This document shows, in pieces, positions 40,514 to 50,504 of a stretch of DNA of 64,000 nt; the stretch's first letter is position 1, and every line of letters begins with the position of its first letter. The stretch lies in the NCBI GenBank assembly GCA_042691655.1, contig CP170506.1, positions 2,217,298 to 2,281,297 of the forward strand, written 5' to 3'. A program made the translations under genes and the position numbers. The notes beneath the pieces are model-generated. The model had not been told where the DNA came from and searched no databases. It saw only the letters and a list, made by a program, of their open reading frames with translations. The stretch is from Chthoniobacteraceae bacterium. GTDB taxonomy: Bacteria; Verrucomicrobiota; Verrucomicrobiia; Chthoniobacterales; Chthoniobacteraceae.

Positions 40514-41673
40514 TCGACCACCTCCCCGAGCAATTCGCGGTAGAGCCGGATGTATTGCCCGATCATCTGGTCCTGCGAAAACCGGCCGGCGTTTTCCAGC
40601 CCGCGCGCAATGGACGCTGCCTTTTCCGCCCCGGACTGCCGCAGCACCCCGAGCACGGCTTCGGCGGCTCCCGGCACGTCGGCGGGATCGAGGTAAAAGG
40701 CCGCCTCGCCGCCCACTTCAGTCATGGGGGCTTTGCCGGTGGTGAGGACCCGGCAGCCGCACGCCTGGGCTTCGATGATCGGCCAGCCGAAGCCTTCGTC
40801 CCACGAGGGGAAGACGAGCGCCTCGGCCCGGCTATAGAGAGCCCGGAGGGTCTCGCTATCAGGCCCCTGGAGGCCGATAACGTCCCGCGCCAGGCCGGGG
40901 TCGGCCTCCAGGAAGGGGGCGATTTCGCGCGTCAGGCTCGGCCCGGCGTTGACGAGCTTGGGGATTTCGCGCTCGGGCCACGGCCAGCGGCGGCGCAGCT
41001 CGGCGTAGAGCGCGACGAGCCCGGCGCGGTTTTTGTACCAGGCATCGCCGCCGATGTGAAAAAGATACGGGAAATCCCCACCCAGGAGGGCCGCAACCCG
41101 GGCGCGCGCCTCGCCCTCGGGCATTGGGGAGTACGGGTAGTTGATAGCATTCAGGATGACCCGGGTGCGCGACTCGGGGACCTGGGCGATGCGGATAAAA
41201 TCATCCCGGGTCTGAGTGGAGACGCACGCGACCATCCGCGCCCGGCGCAGCCCGCGCAGGATGAGCGCCTGAAAGCGCCGTCCGGTCCACGAGGTCGGAT
41301 TCTGCGGCACTTCGCCCAGGGCCGAGCGGATCGGCATCAGGTCGTGGCACGTCACCAGGTGCGGCACGCCCCGGAGCCGGTGAACGTACATGCCGTTGCT
41401 GTGGTCGCAAATATGGACGACCAGCCCCGTCTCCCCGCGTTCCCGCAAAAGCCGGGCTTGGAGGATCAGGGGGAAAATAAGGAACTTGTCGATGTAGAAA
41501 AGCCACTTTCCCAGCCGCCCCGCCCAGGGTGCGAGGCGTCCGGCGACGGTCTTGGGGCGGATCAGCTCGACGGGGATGCCCCGCTGCCGCAGGAGGGCCT
41601 GGAGCAGCTCGGGAAAGAGCTTCATGCTGTACTGGAACTCGTCCGAGTTGCCGATGAGGAGGATTTTGGGCAT
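40510..41673 (-). CDS. glycosyltransferase family 4
   Basis: Start ATG 41673 (MPKILLIGNSDEF). The ORF track's upstream extension is low complexity. GT4 core (FPSWDEGFGWPIIEAQACG). 4-bp overlap with the downstream GT. Confidence 0.8.
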   Translation of the reverse strand: MPKILLIGNSDEFQYSMKLFPELLQALLRQRGIPVELIRPKTVAGRLAPWAGRLGKWLFYIDKFLIFPLILQARLLRERGETGLVVHICDHSNGMYVHRLRGVPHLVTCHDLMPIRSALGEVPQNPTSWTGRRFQALILRGLRRARMVACVSTQTRDDFIRIAQVPESRTRVILNAINYPYSPMPEGEARARVAALLGGDFPYLFHIGGDAWYKNRAGLVALYAELRRRWPWPEREIPKLVNAGPSLTREIAPFLEADPGLARDVIGLQGPDSETLRALYSRAEALVFPSWDEGFGWPIIEAQACGCRVLTTGKAPMTEVGGEAAFYLDPADVPGAAEAVLGVLRQSGAEKAASIARGLENAGRFSQDQMIGQYIRLYRELLGEVVE

Positions 41674-41674
41674 G

Positions 41675-42970
41675 TCAGCGGCGGATGATGAGGGGGGTTT
41701 TTCCGGCCCGGGTCTGTTCCAGGCGCTCGACGGTTTCGATGCGCGCCGCGCCGAGGCGGGGGTGGATTTTGGCCAGGCGCTCGCGGAGGTTCTCCACCTG
41801 GGCCGGGGCCAGGGGGGCAAGGACGGTCAGGCGCAGGCGGCAGGCTCCGTTTTCCTGCACCATCTGGTAGCCGCTCACGGGGCCCGTGCCCTTCACGGCG
41901 TGCGAAATGGCCTCGGAGTGGATGCGCTCGCCGCCGTCGAACTCCAGGAAGGCGTTGCTGCGCCCCAGCACGGACTCGAAGCGCCGGACGCCGACCGCCG
42001 GCTCGCTGAGAAGGATCGCGTCCCCCAGGTCGTAGCGCACCAGGGGGAAGGCGCGCGGGTAGAGGCTCGTGACGCGCACTTTGTAGCCGCCCTGGGGGGC
42101 GGGCTCGGTGGCTTCGATAAAGTAGCTCAGCCAAAAGGCGTGGTAGCCTTCGCCGGGGCGGGTGTGGGCCAGGACGCCCGTTTCCACGCTGCCGTATTCC
42201 ATCGCCACGGGCGCGCCAAAGGCGGCTTCCACGGTCTCGCGCGAATCCGGGAACGGGAAGGACTCGGAGGTGGCCACCACGGCTTTGAGCGGGATGCGGT
42301 CCTCCCGGCCCGCCTCGCGCGCCACCCGGGCAAAGCGGTCCAGCGCGGCGCTGTAGCCGACGAGATACGCGGCGCGGGAGCGCGCAAGCCGGGCCCAAGC
42401 CCCCAGAAGCGCGGCGTCGGAGAGGTCGTAGGCGCTCACCCGCTCGATGCCCAGGAGGGCGTCCTTGGTCTCGCGAAGCCGGGCGTTGATCCACCCGCCG
42501 AGGCCGCGCCCAAGGAGATGGCTGTGCCCCCAGAGGCGCAGGCAGGCGTCGGCGGGGTCGATGCCATACCAGGCGCGCCCCATCCACTCGTTGCTTTCGG
42601 TCTCGGCGGTTTCGGCGTGCCAGGCGGGGAGAGAAACCGGTTCCGCCGTCGAGCCGCCCGTGGTCCGGTAGCTGTCGGCGGGACGGGACGGATCGCTAAG
42701 GGCGGGCAGGTTGGCGTAGATGAAAGGGCGGTCGGCCACGGGAAGGGCGGCGATCATTTGCGCCCAGCTCTCGAAGCGTTCCGGCGCAAGCTGCCGCTCC
42801 ACCAGCCCGGCGTAATACGGGACGTTTGCAGAGAGGCGCTCCCAGCAACGGTTGAAACGCGCGAGCTGCTCGGCCTGCGGATCGGCCTTTTCGGCGGCAT
42901 GGTAATCGGCAAAACGGGCGTCGCGCGCTTGGCGCCGCCGGGCGGCCAGGAAGGTGCGAATGGGGTTCAT
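41675..42970 (-). CDS. CapK/PaaK-like adenylate-forming enzyme (phenylacetate-CoA ligase family)
   Basis: 431 aa with AMP-binding P-loop analogue (YRTTGGSTAEP). Family commonly embedded in capsule/EPS loci. Confidence 0.65.
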   Translation of the reverse strand: MNPIRTFLAARRRQARDARFADYHAAEKADPQAEQLARFNRCWERLSANVPYYAGLVERQLAPERFESWAQMIAALPVADRPFIYANLPALSDPSRPADSYRTTGGSTAEPVSLPAWHAETAETESNEWMGRAWYGIDPADACLRLWGHSHLLGRGLGGWINARLRETKDALLGIERVSAYDLSDAALLGAWARLARSRAAYLVGYSAALDRFARVAREAGREDRIPLKAVVATSESFPFPDSRETVEAAFGAPVAMEYGSVETGVLAHTRPGEGYHAFWLSYFIEATEPAPQGGYKVRVTSLYPRAFPLVRYDLGDAILLSEPAVGVRRFESVLGRSNAFLEFDGGERIHSEAISHAVKGTGPVSGYQMVQENGACRLRLTVLAPLAPAQVENLRERLAKIHPRLGAARIETVERLEQTRAGKTPLIIRR

Positions 42971-44349
42971 CCTCGATGCAGGATTTCCGCGTGGATGGAA
43001 CGGCCCCGCATGACAGTCCCGGTGGAGACGGGCGCGGCGGTGATTTCATCCTCCGGCTCCTTTTGCGGCTCGTCATTGGTGGCGGCCAGAGCGAGGCCCG
43101 CCCCGAAGGAGGCGAAGCCCAGCGCCGTCGGCTGGCCGAACTGCCCCGCCAGGACCAGCAGGAAGCACGAGCTGAAAATCAGGAGCCCCAGGGGCCGCTT
43201 CTGCTCCAGCCCCCAGAAGCCCATCACGGCGAGGTAGGCGGTGATCAATGTTCGCAACAGGAGGAAGCCGAAGCCGAAAACCAGCCCGCCCTCTTTGACC
43301 ACCCGCGCCCATTCTCCCTCCGCCAGCAGGAAGCCGCGCTCCCCGCCGAGCAAACCGGCCGCGGCGTTGGTCCCCAGCCCGAGCCCGTAGCCCAAAAACG
43401 GGGTGCCATCCAGGGCTTTGAAGCCGTCGATGTAGTCGCCCAGAGCCCGCTCGATGATGCCGTGCTGAATGCCGCCGCCGTTTTCGCCGAAACGCGCGGT
43501 ATGCACCATGACCCCTTCCTGAAACACGGGCATGTTGGAGATCACCCACAAGCCCGGCAGCGCCAGGATGGCAAATTTAAAGGACCCGGTGATGTACCCC
43601 GGACGCCGCAGACAGATGAGCACCAGAAAGCCGACTGAAATAGCTGCGGCAGAGACGGCGGCCCGGCTGCCGGAGATCACCAGCATGAGCAGTACGGCCG
43701 GAACAGCTCCGGCAAGCACCAGCTTGGGGTAGTATTTCTTCCCGATGACGGCGTAGAGCAGGCAGCTGGAGACCAGCGCAAGGTAGTTGGCTAGGCCGTT
43801 GGTGAAAGAGAAGGTTCCGGGGGGGCGGATTTTGCCAAAACCGACGTCGAGCTGCCCCCCCTCGCCGCCGCCCACGCCGACGTTGACCCAGGCGTCGGGG
43901 CCGGCCTTGAACTGGGCCAGCACCAGGATCGCCATCGGCACGGCCGAGAGCAGGAGCGCAATGCAGAGGCCCCGGACGTCGGAGGGCCGGAGCACCTTTG
44001 CCATGACGAAAATGAGCGGCAGATGGAGGAAATCGGTGCGCCAGCCGTAGATGCTCACCAGCAGGTTGCCGGTTCCGGCGAACAGGGAGATTAAAAAGGA
44101 TAGGATGCCCAGCCCGACCGTCCAGCTCACCAGTTTATCTTCCGGGAAGGCCCCCCGGGCAAAGCAGATGATGTAAATCGCGATGACCACGGGATCGCGC
44201 ACGATGAGGAGCGGATTGGCGAGGCTCGGCACGACCCATTTCCGCAACGCGCCCTCCAGGAGCAGGAGCGCGAAATAGACCCAGATCAGCCATCGGATGG
44301 CCTGGGTCGATTCGTAAAATGCGGCGCTCTGTTTTTGGGCGAAATTCAT
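42967..44349 (-). CDS. Wzy-like O-antigen polymerase/ligase-family membrane protein
   Basis: 460 aa, ~10-12 TM helices with a large periplasmic loop. Positioned inside the glycosyltransferase operon. Confidence 0.5.
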   Translation of the reverse strand: MNFAQKQSAAFYESTQAIRWLIWVYFALLLLEGALRKWVVPSLANPLLIVRDPVVIAIYIICFARGAFPEDKLVSWTVGLGILSFLISLFAGTGNLLVSIYGWRTDFLHLPLIFVMAKVLRPSDVRGLCIALLLSAVPMAILVLAQFKAGPDAWVNVGVGGGEGGQLDVGFGKIRPPGTFSFTNGLANYLALVSSCLLYAVIGKKYYPKLVLAGAVPAVLLMLVISGSRAAVSAAAISVGFLVLICLRRPGYITGSFKFAILALPGLWVISNMPVFQEGVMVHTARFGENGGGIQHGIIERALGDYIDGFKALDGTPFLGYGLGLGTNAAAGLLGGERGFLLAEGEWARVVKEGGLVFGFGFLLLRTLITAYLAVMGFWGLEQKRPLGLLIFSSCFLLVLAGQFGQPTALGFASFGAGLALAATNDEPQKEPEDEITAAPVSTGTVMRGRSIHAEILHRG

Positions 44350-44350
44350 C

Positions 44351-45607
44351 TCATCTCATCTGCTCGGCGACGGCTTGGGCTAGGCGAGCCCGGTAACTCT
44401 CCCAGGTGAAACGGAGGGCCGTCTCCCGGGCCGCGCTTTGCAGGGCCAAGCGTAACCCTTGATCGGCCGCAAGTAAATCGAGCTTTTCCGCGATGGCCCG
44501 GGCGGACCGAACGGGAACGATGAAGCCGCCGGAGGAGCCGTCCACGGCCCCGGCCCCCAGCAGGTCCGGCCCGCCAGTGTGCTCCGTGGTGATGATCGGA
44601 AGGCCGCGCGAAAGGGCTTCGAGCAACACCAAGCCGAAGCCTTCGAAAAGCGAGGGGAAAACCAGGACATCATGGGCGCTCATCTCGCGCAACACCTCGG
44701 CGTGAGGCAGCGTGGGCAGCCAGCGGTGGCGGCTCACGGCGGCGTTGAGCGGGGCGCAATCCGGGGCGGTTTTCATGCCGATGAGGGTCAGTTCGGCAGC
44801 AGCCCCCCCGAGCATCCCGAGGGCCTCCAGCAGGTAGGAGAGCCCCTTGCGCTGGCCGAGGCTCCCAACGAAGAGGACTCTCAATTTCCCGCCCGGGGCG
44901 CGTCGGGGCGCGGGGATATCCGGAGCTGGCGGCGCGCCGTAGGGGATGACGTGGACCGGCTTGCCCTCGGCGAGCGGGGCTCCCTGGAGGGTGGTGCGGG
45001 TGAACTGGCTGCCGACGAAAATGGCGTCGGCCTGGCGGAGTTCCTCGTCCTTGCGGGCGAGCTTTTCCGGGCTGTCGAGCGCGCCGGTGAGTGTGCAGGC
45101 CCAGGCGGGTTCGCGCTCCCGCTCTTCGTCGTAAATGGCGCGGGCCGCCCGCCAGTAGCCGATGGGGAGGTCGTAGAGGCAGCGCAGGCCGTGGGCCTTG
45201 GCGGAGGCAAAGGTGGCGGCGGCTCCGTCTTCGTACGCGTAGACGCCAGTAAGGCGCGAGGCGGTTTCGGCAACCCGCCGGGACACGCGGTGGTCGAGGC
45301 TCCGGTAGACGGCGTCGATGCAGAAGGGCCCGCGCTCGTGGGCAATGAGGGCTTCGAGCCCCAGGCGGCTGGCGGCCATGCGGCCCGCCTCGCGCCACGG
45401 GTGGAGCCAGGCGAGCTGTCGCAACGGCGGCGGCAGGGCGCGCCGGACCAGCTGACGCCGCAGCGAGCCGGGCAGGAAGCGGTTCCAGGCGGATTCGGGG
45501 TCCCAGCTCACGCAGGTCCAGTATTCCGCCAGCAGCCCGGCCTCCAGGAGCGCCTGGGCCGCCCCGCGAACGTTGGAGTTACCGGTGGGGTGGGAGAAAA
45601 GGATCAT
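44351..45607 (-). CDS. glycosyltransferase family 4
   Basis: GT4 core (LVFPSLFEGFGLVLLEALSRGLP). Confidence 0.8.
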   Translation of the reverse strand: MILFSHPTGNSNVRGAAQALLEAGLLAEYWTCVSWDPESAWNRFLPGSLRRQLVRRALPPPLRQLAWLHPWREAGRMAASRLGLEALIAHERGPFCIDAVYRSLDHRVSRRVAETASRLTGVYAYEDGAAATFASAKAHGLRCLYDLPIGYWRAARAIYDEEREREPAWACTLTGALDSPEKLARKDEELRQADAIFVGSQFTRTTLQGAPLAEGKPVHVIPYGAPPAPDIPAPRRAPGGKLRVLFVGSLGQRKGLSYLLEALGMLGGAAAELTLIGMKTAPDCAPLNAAVSRHRWLPTLPHAEVLREMSAHDVLVFPSLFEGFGLVLLEALSRGLPIITTEHTGGPDLLGAGAVDGSSGGFIVPVRSARAIAEKLDLLAADQGLRLALQSAARETALRFTWESYRARLAQAVAEQMR

Positions 45608-46609
45608 CGGGCGGCGCTCTGGAAGAGGTTCAAATACGCCGAGGCGACGGTGCAGGCCGTGTGCCGCGCCAGGTGGGCCTCGGAGTCGGAGAGCAGGGCA
45701 GCGGTCGCCTCGGGCTTGCGGCAGAGCCGGTCGATGGCGTCGGCGAGGGCGGTGACGTCGTTATTGGGGAAGGTGAGGCCGCACGGGCCGATGGCATCGG
45801 CAAGGCCACCGTCGCGCGAGCCGATGACGGCGCAGCCGCAGGCGATCCCCTCCAGAGCCACGATGCCAAAGGGCTCCGCCCAGCGCGAGGGAACGACCAG
45901 GATCCGGTGGGCGTTGAGGATGCGCACCAGGTCTTCGCCAGTTTTTGGCCCGGTGAAGTCGACGGCCAGCCCCAGTTCGCGCGCCTGTTCCCTGAGGCGC
46001 TGCTCCTCCGGGCCGCCGCCGACCAGCGTAAGGCCGGGGGTGAGGCCGCGCCATTTCAGAAGGGCGAGGGCTTCGAGCAGCAGGTCGGCCCCTTTGTCGG
46101 AGACCAGGCGGCCCACGAAAACGAGGTCCTTTCCTCGCTTAGCATCCGGCAGGCGGCGGAAAAGATCGTCGCGATACGGGTTGGGGACGAGGGTGCAGGG
46201 GACGGGGAGCCGGTCGGCGATCTCCTGGCTGATGGCGGCGTTCCAGGCGAAGCGGATGAGCCAACGCTTGAGGTGATCCTGCCAGTTGAGCGTGCCGTCG
46301 GTGCGGGCGATCCACGTCTGATGGGCCACGACCCAGGGCCGCCCCACCAGCAGGAGCGGCCAGGCCGTTTGCAGGCTGATGTTATTCTGGAATACTACGT
46401 CGCACCAACGGCAGAGCTCCACCAGCTCCCCGCGCGAGGGCTGGCGGAAAACCTCGAAGTTCCACTCCGGCTTGTCCGGCCCTGCGTCGGGCGTCACGAG
46501 CCGCACTTGGTGGCCCTGCCGGGCGAACTCGGCGGCGAGCCCCTCGGAGATCGACTCGATGCCGCCGATCTGCGGGTAAAAGGCGTGGGAGCAAAAGAGA
46601 ATTTTCACG
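45604..46609 (-). CDS. glycosyltransferase family 4 (GTG start)
   Basis: No in-frame ATG. GTG at 46609 gives M-KILFCSHAFYPQIGG, a typical GT4 N-terminus. The GTG overlaps the upstream stop (GTGA). GT4 core (VVPSRWAEPFGIVALEGIACG). Confidence 0.75.
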
Positions 46610-47489
46610 ACGTCTTGCCGGTGATGCGCTGGATGAGTTTCCCGGCCTGCTCGCGCCCCAGGGCGAAGGCTCCCAGGCGCGGCATTGCCTCCGAGATAAA
46701 CGCCTCGGGGCCGCGCCCGGCGTCGGGCCGCGCCAGCAGCTTCGGGAGCAGCCCGCGCACGGGCGTCACCAGGTGCGCCGCAATGGGGTGGCCGGAAAAG
46801 GAGGCTTCGTTCCGCGCCACGAATACTTGCCCTTCGCTCCAGAAGCGGCCGCCGCATCGCATGGCGAGCGCCCCCCAGCAGGTCTGCTCGACCCAGTGGT
46901 GCCGCGCGGCGAAGAGGCGGCGGTAACGGGCAAGCAGCCATTCGAGGAAATCGAGATCGTGGTTGCGCTTCTGGAAATAGAAGAGCCCGCAGTTGAGCCG
47001 CGCGGGCATCTGGAAGCGCCATTGCAACGCCAGGTGCCAGGGGCGGAAGGCGAAGGCGTTCTGGTAGTCGCGCATGAAGAGGCAGCCGGTCTCGGCATCG
47101 GGCCACTCGAAGAGGTCGGAAAACGGACGCATGAAGAGGATATCCGTATCGCAAAACGCGAGTTCGTCGCCACAGGCCAGGAGCGGGGCGTCAAAGAGTT
47201 TCAGGCCGTAGACGGAGTTGCGGCGGAACCGGGCGCAATAGGGGTAGGCGGCGAGCTCTTGTTTGACGATCCGGTCGGCCTCTTTGCGAGGCACAAAGGA
47301 GTGGACTGGCAGGGCGGCGAAGAGTCGCTTGTGGTCTTCGCCGGTCAGCGTGCCGTCGTCGTGGAAGCGGAAACTGACCGGCTCGGCCGAATGCCGGACC
47401 ATGGAACCAAGGCACGCGACCGCCATTTCGACATCGCGATGGCAAATGAGCGAGGAGACAATGACAGGGGCGATTTCGGGCGTGGGCAT
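46605..47489 (-). CDS. hypothetical glycosyltransferase-like protein with DxD motif
   Basis: 294 aa with LAFCDTDILFMRPF (DxD) reminiscent of GT-A/GT32-type sugar transferases. Family uncertain. Confidence 0.45.
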   Translation of the reverse strand: MPTPEIAPVIVSSLICHRDVEMAVACLGSMVRHSAEPVSFRFHDDGTLTGEDHKRLFAALPVHSFVPRKEADRIVKQELAAYPYCARFRRNSVYGLKLFDAPLLACGDELAFCDTDILFMRPFSDLFEWPDAETGCLFMRDYQNAFAFRPWHLALQWRFQMPARLNCGLFYFQKRNHDLDFLEWLLARYRRLFAARHHWVEQTCWGALAMRCGGRFWSEGQVFVARNEASFSGHPIAAHLVTPVRGLLPKLLARPDAGRGPEAFISEAMPRLGAFALGREQAGKLIQRITGKTS

Positions 47490-47503
47490 CGGAAGGGGTA
47501 TTC

Positions 47504-48646
47504 CTAGCGCGAACGTAACGGCAGGGAGGCGATAAATCGAGCGCAGATTTCACCCAGGCGCGCGGAGGGTTCGCGCCGGGCGAGGCCCGCCGGGAAACCG
47601 AACCCGGGGCCGCACCGGAAGAAGATCGGGCCGTCGTGATCGGGCGCGCCTTCGGTGCGAGTGAAGACGACCGGAAGCCCGTGGTCGATCATCGCGGCGG
47701 CGGAACCGCTCTTGCCCATGAGCCGCCACGGGGTGACGGCCACGCCGAAATCGGCGGTCTGCATCAAGTCGGAGATTTCCGGCGCGGGGAGTTCGCCCAG
47801 GCAGAGGAAGTGGGCGCGGCCTTCGTAATCGGTGCGCATCTGGGCCCAGGCCAGCTCGCCCGCCGAGCCCAGGCGGCCCGCCGACACGAGGCAGACACGC
47901 CGCTTCTCTCGGGCGGCAAAGCTCAGGAGCGGGTCCATCAAATCCGAGGCCCGCCATTCAGGGTGGATGGTGCCGAAAAAGAGGCCCACGAGCCAGCGGC
48001 GGCGCTCCCCGGGGTCGGTGGAGATGCCCTCGCGGATCAAGGGTGAGGGCAGCGTGGGGTGAGCGACGACGGGGATATTGCTAAAGATGGGCAGTTCCAC
48101 GGCTTCCACGCCCCCTTGGCGCAGGAGCGTGGCGTAGGTGACGTTGGAGGTGAAGACAGCCCCGGGCCGCAGCCGCCGCAGGAGGCCAAAAATGCAGCGG
48201 CGCTGAATGGCCCCCACGAGGCGCTGCTTCCAGGGCGCACCCTCGCCGAAGCCGATCCAGAGCTCGTGGAACATAATGGCCAGCGGCCGCCCGCCGATCA
48301 CCCGCGCCAGGCCCCGGGCGAGGAACCACGGGATGCCCTTGGGCTGGAACCCGTAGGGGACGAATTGAAGGCAAACGCAATCCGGGGAAAAGCTCTTTAT
48401 CGCCCGTTGCGCGGCCTCGAAGCGGCTGGGCCATAAACACTGAGACGAATAGCGCTCGCACGGGATGGGAATGCCACCGGAATCCTGGGTCTCGGCCTTT
48501 TCGCTGACGGCGGCGGCCCGGTCGTTGAGGGCGATGAGGCGCACTTCGTGGCCCTGCCGCACGCATTCCGCCGCGAGGTGGCGGGTGTAGTCCCCCACCC
48601 CGTCGCGCCCGGGTTCGAGACCGCTGCAAATAAAGGCCAGGCGCAT
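47504..48646 (-). CDS. glycosyltransferase family 4
   Basis: MRLAFICSGLEPGRDGVGDY N-terminus and C-terminal GT4 domain. Confidence 0.75.
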   Translation of the reverse strand: MRLAFICSGLEPGRDGVGDYTRHLAAECVRQGHEVRLIALNDRAAAVSEKAETQDSGGIPIPCERYSSQCLWPSRFEAAQRAIKSFSPDCVCLQFVPYGFQPKGIPWFLARGLARVIGGRPLAIMFHELWIGFGEGAPWKQRLVGAIQRRCIFGLLRRLRPGAVFTSNVTYATLLRQGGVEAVELPIFSNIPVVAHPTLPSPLIREGISTDPGERRRWLVGLFFGTIHPEWRASDLMDPLLSFAAREKRRVCLVSAGRLGSAGELAWAQMRTDYEGRAHFLCLGELPAPEISDLMQTADFGVAVTPWRLMGKSGSAAAMIDHGLPVVFTRTEGAPDHDGPIFFRCGPGFGFPAGLARREPSARLGEICARFIASLPLRSR

Positions 48647-48652
48647 TGCGGG

Positions 48653-49606
48653 CTAGGTCCTCCGGATGAAGCGCCCGATGGCGGAGGCGAACGGGAGCGT
48701 GTTCTGGCGCGAGTTGAGCGTAGCTGCGGGGAAGACGGCGATGGGCCCCGCCCCGGCGAACCGCCAGAAGGCTTTGTCAACGGTCCTGGGGGGGCGGCCG
48801 GAAAGGGCGTCGCTGAGGTAGCACTTATTCCACGGTTTCTTGGGCCCGAGGGCGTGGGGCAGGCAGGCTCCGCCGGGCTCAAAGGCCATGGCTTGCCGGT
48901 TCAAAAAGCTGACGGGAATCTCCGGGCTGGCTTCGATGGCGGCGTTGAGGACGTCCTGGTCGGTTTTGTCGAAGCAATCGGCGAACCCGGCCCGGGCTCC
49001 AATGGCCTGCCCGCCGCCGATACCGACAAAATTCGAGCCCCCCAGCTCGCGCCAAAGCTGCTCCTGCATGACCCGCCAGCGTTCCAGAAACTCGATGTAC
49101 TCCCGGCGCACGCCGACAAAGCCGCCGTTGGCGTAGCAGGCTTCGCGCGGTTCGAGCCGGAGACCGGGGAAGAACCGCCGCCAGCCAACGCGCCGGGGAT
49201 GTTGCAGCGGGAAGGGCGAATTGACATCCTCGCACAGGGCCACGCCGCAGGTCAGCCAGTCCTCGAAGAAGCTCCACTTTCCCTGCACGACGATGTCCGG
49301 ATCAAGGTAGACAAGCCCCTCGCTCCGCGCCGCCTCGCCCGCCAGCAGGCGCAGCATGAAGTCGGGCTTGTAGTTGGTGAGGTGCGCCGGGGTCTCCAGC
49401 GGGAGGAAGCGGATGGAAAGGCCCTCGGCCACGGCGAATTCCGCGAAACCGTCCCCTTGAGTCACCGGCTGCGCCCACTCGGGGAGTGGCCCCCGGTACC
49501 CGGCCCAGACGACGCCCCGGTACCCGGCGGCGTGGAGGGAGTTGACCAGCACGCCGACGCCGAGGTGGTAGTCGCCTTCAAACAGGGTGCAGAGGTCGAG
49601 GTTCAT
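48653..49606 (-). CDS. hypothetical protein in polysaccharide operon (possible GT-A fold, DPD motif)
   Basis: 317 aa with YLDPDIVV. No confident family assignment. Confidence 0.4.
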   Translation of the reverse strand: MNLDLCTLFEGDYHLGVGVLVNSLHAAGYRGVVWAGYRGPLPEWAQPVTQGDGFAEFAVAEGLSIRFLPLETPAHLTNYKPDFMLRLLAGEAARSEGLVYLDPDIVVQGKWSFFEDWLTCGVALCEDVNSPFPLQHPRRVGWRRFFPGLRLEPREACYANGGFVGVRREYIEFLERWRVMQEQLWRELGGSNFVGIGGGQAIGARAGFADCFDKTDQDVLNAAIEASPEIPVSFLNRQAMAFEPGGACLPHALGPKKPWNKCYLSDALSGRPPRTVDKAFWRFAGAGPIAVFPAATLNSRQNTLPFASAIGRFIRRT

Positions 49607-49609
49607 ACG

Positions 49610-50500
49610 CTAATGACTTTTATAGCCGAGCATCCAGGTTCTGGCAATGAAGGCCGGGCAGCGGAGATCCCAGGGGCGGAGCCGCCAGGCCTTTAGGAAG
49701 AGCGAACGGGCGCAATGGGCGTCGGCGCGGGCGATGAGCCGGGCCAGGTTAAAGAGGCTCTGCGCGTAGAGCCGCCGCCGGAGCACCCGGGGCAGCACGG
49801 CGTTCTCCAGGTGCTTGCGGTAGAAGCGCACCCCGTGCTCGGCGACGCGGAAGGGCTCGGCCATGGCGCTTTTGCCGTGCTTGGTGTAGACGCACGTCCG
49901 GGCCCCGGTGCAGGCCAGCCGCCCGCCCATCGAGATGATGCGAATCCAGTAATCGCAATCCTCGCCGATGGCCAGTTGGGGGTCGAAGAGGCCGGTTTTG
50001 CGAACCGCCGAGGCGCGCATCATGACCAGGCTGGAGGTCTGGATGAAATTGCTGCGAAAGAGCCGCGCGGCCACGTCGCCCATGGCGGCGAGGTCGACCA
50101 GGGGCGGCGTAACGGTCTCGCCGGTGTCGAGGTCGAAAATTAGGAAGCCCGAAAAGCAGAGATCGGCACCGTGCTCCAGCGTGGCGACTCCGGAGGCGAG
50201 GTGCTCGGGTTTCCAGAAGTCGTCGGCGTCGAGGAAGGCGAGGTATTTTCCCCGGGCCAGCTCCAGCAGGCGGTTGCGGGTGGCGGAAACGCCCCGGTTC
50301 TCGGTGGCGCGCTCGTAACGGACCATCTGGGGAACCTCGGCGGCGAATTTCGTGACCAGGGCTTGCGTTTCGTCCTGCGAGCCGTCCTCCACCACGATGA
50401 CCTCCCACTCCGCGAGCGTCTGCATGCGCACGCTCTCCAGAGCCCGTTCGATAAACCGGCCCGCGTTGTAGGCGGGGATCAAAATACTGACCAGCGACAT
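49610..50500 (-). CDS. glycosyltransferase family 2
   Basis: SILIPAYNAGRFIERALESV...VVEDGSQDET...FLDADD (GT2 DxD). Confidence 0.85.
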   Translation of the reverse strand: MSLVSILIPAYNAGRFIERALESVRMQTLAEWEVIVVEDGSQDETQALVTKFAAEVPQMVRYERATENRGVSATRNRLLELARGKYLAFLDADDFWKPEHLASGVATLEHGADLCFSGFLIFDLDTGETVTPPLVDLAAMGDVAARLFRSNFIQTSSLVMMRASAVRKTGLFDPQLAIGEDCDYWIRIISMGGRLACTGARTCVYTKHGKSAMAEPFRVAEHGVRFYRKHLENAVLPRVLRRRLYAQSLFNLARLIARADAHCARSLFLKAWRLRPWDLRCPAFIARTWMLGYKSH

Positions 50501-50504
50501 GATA

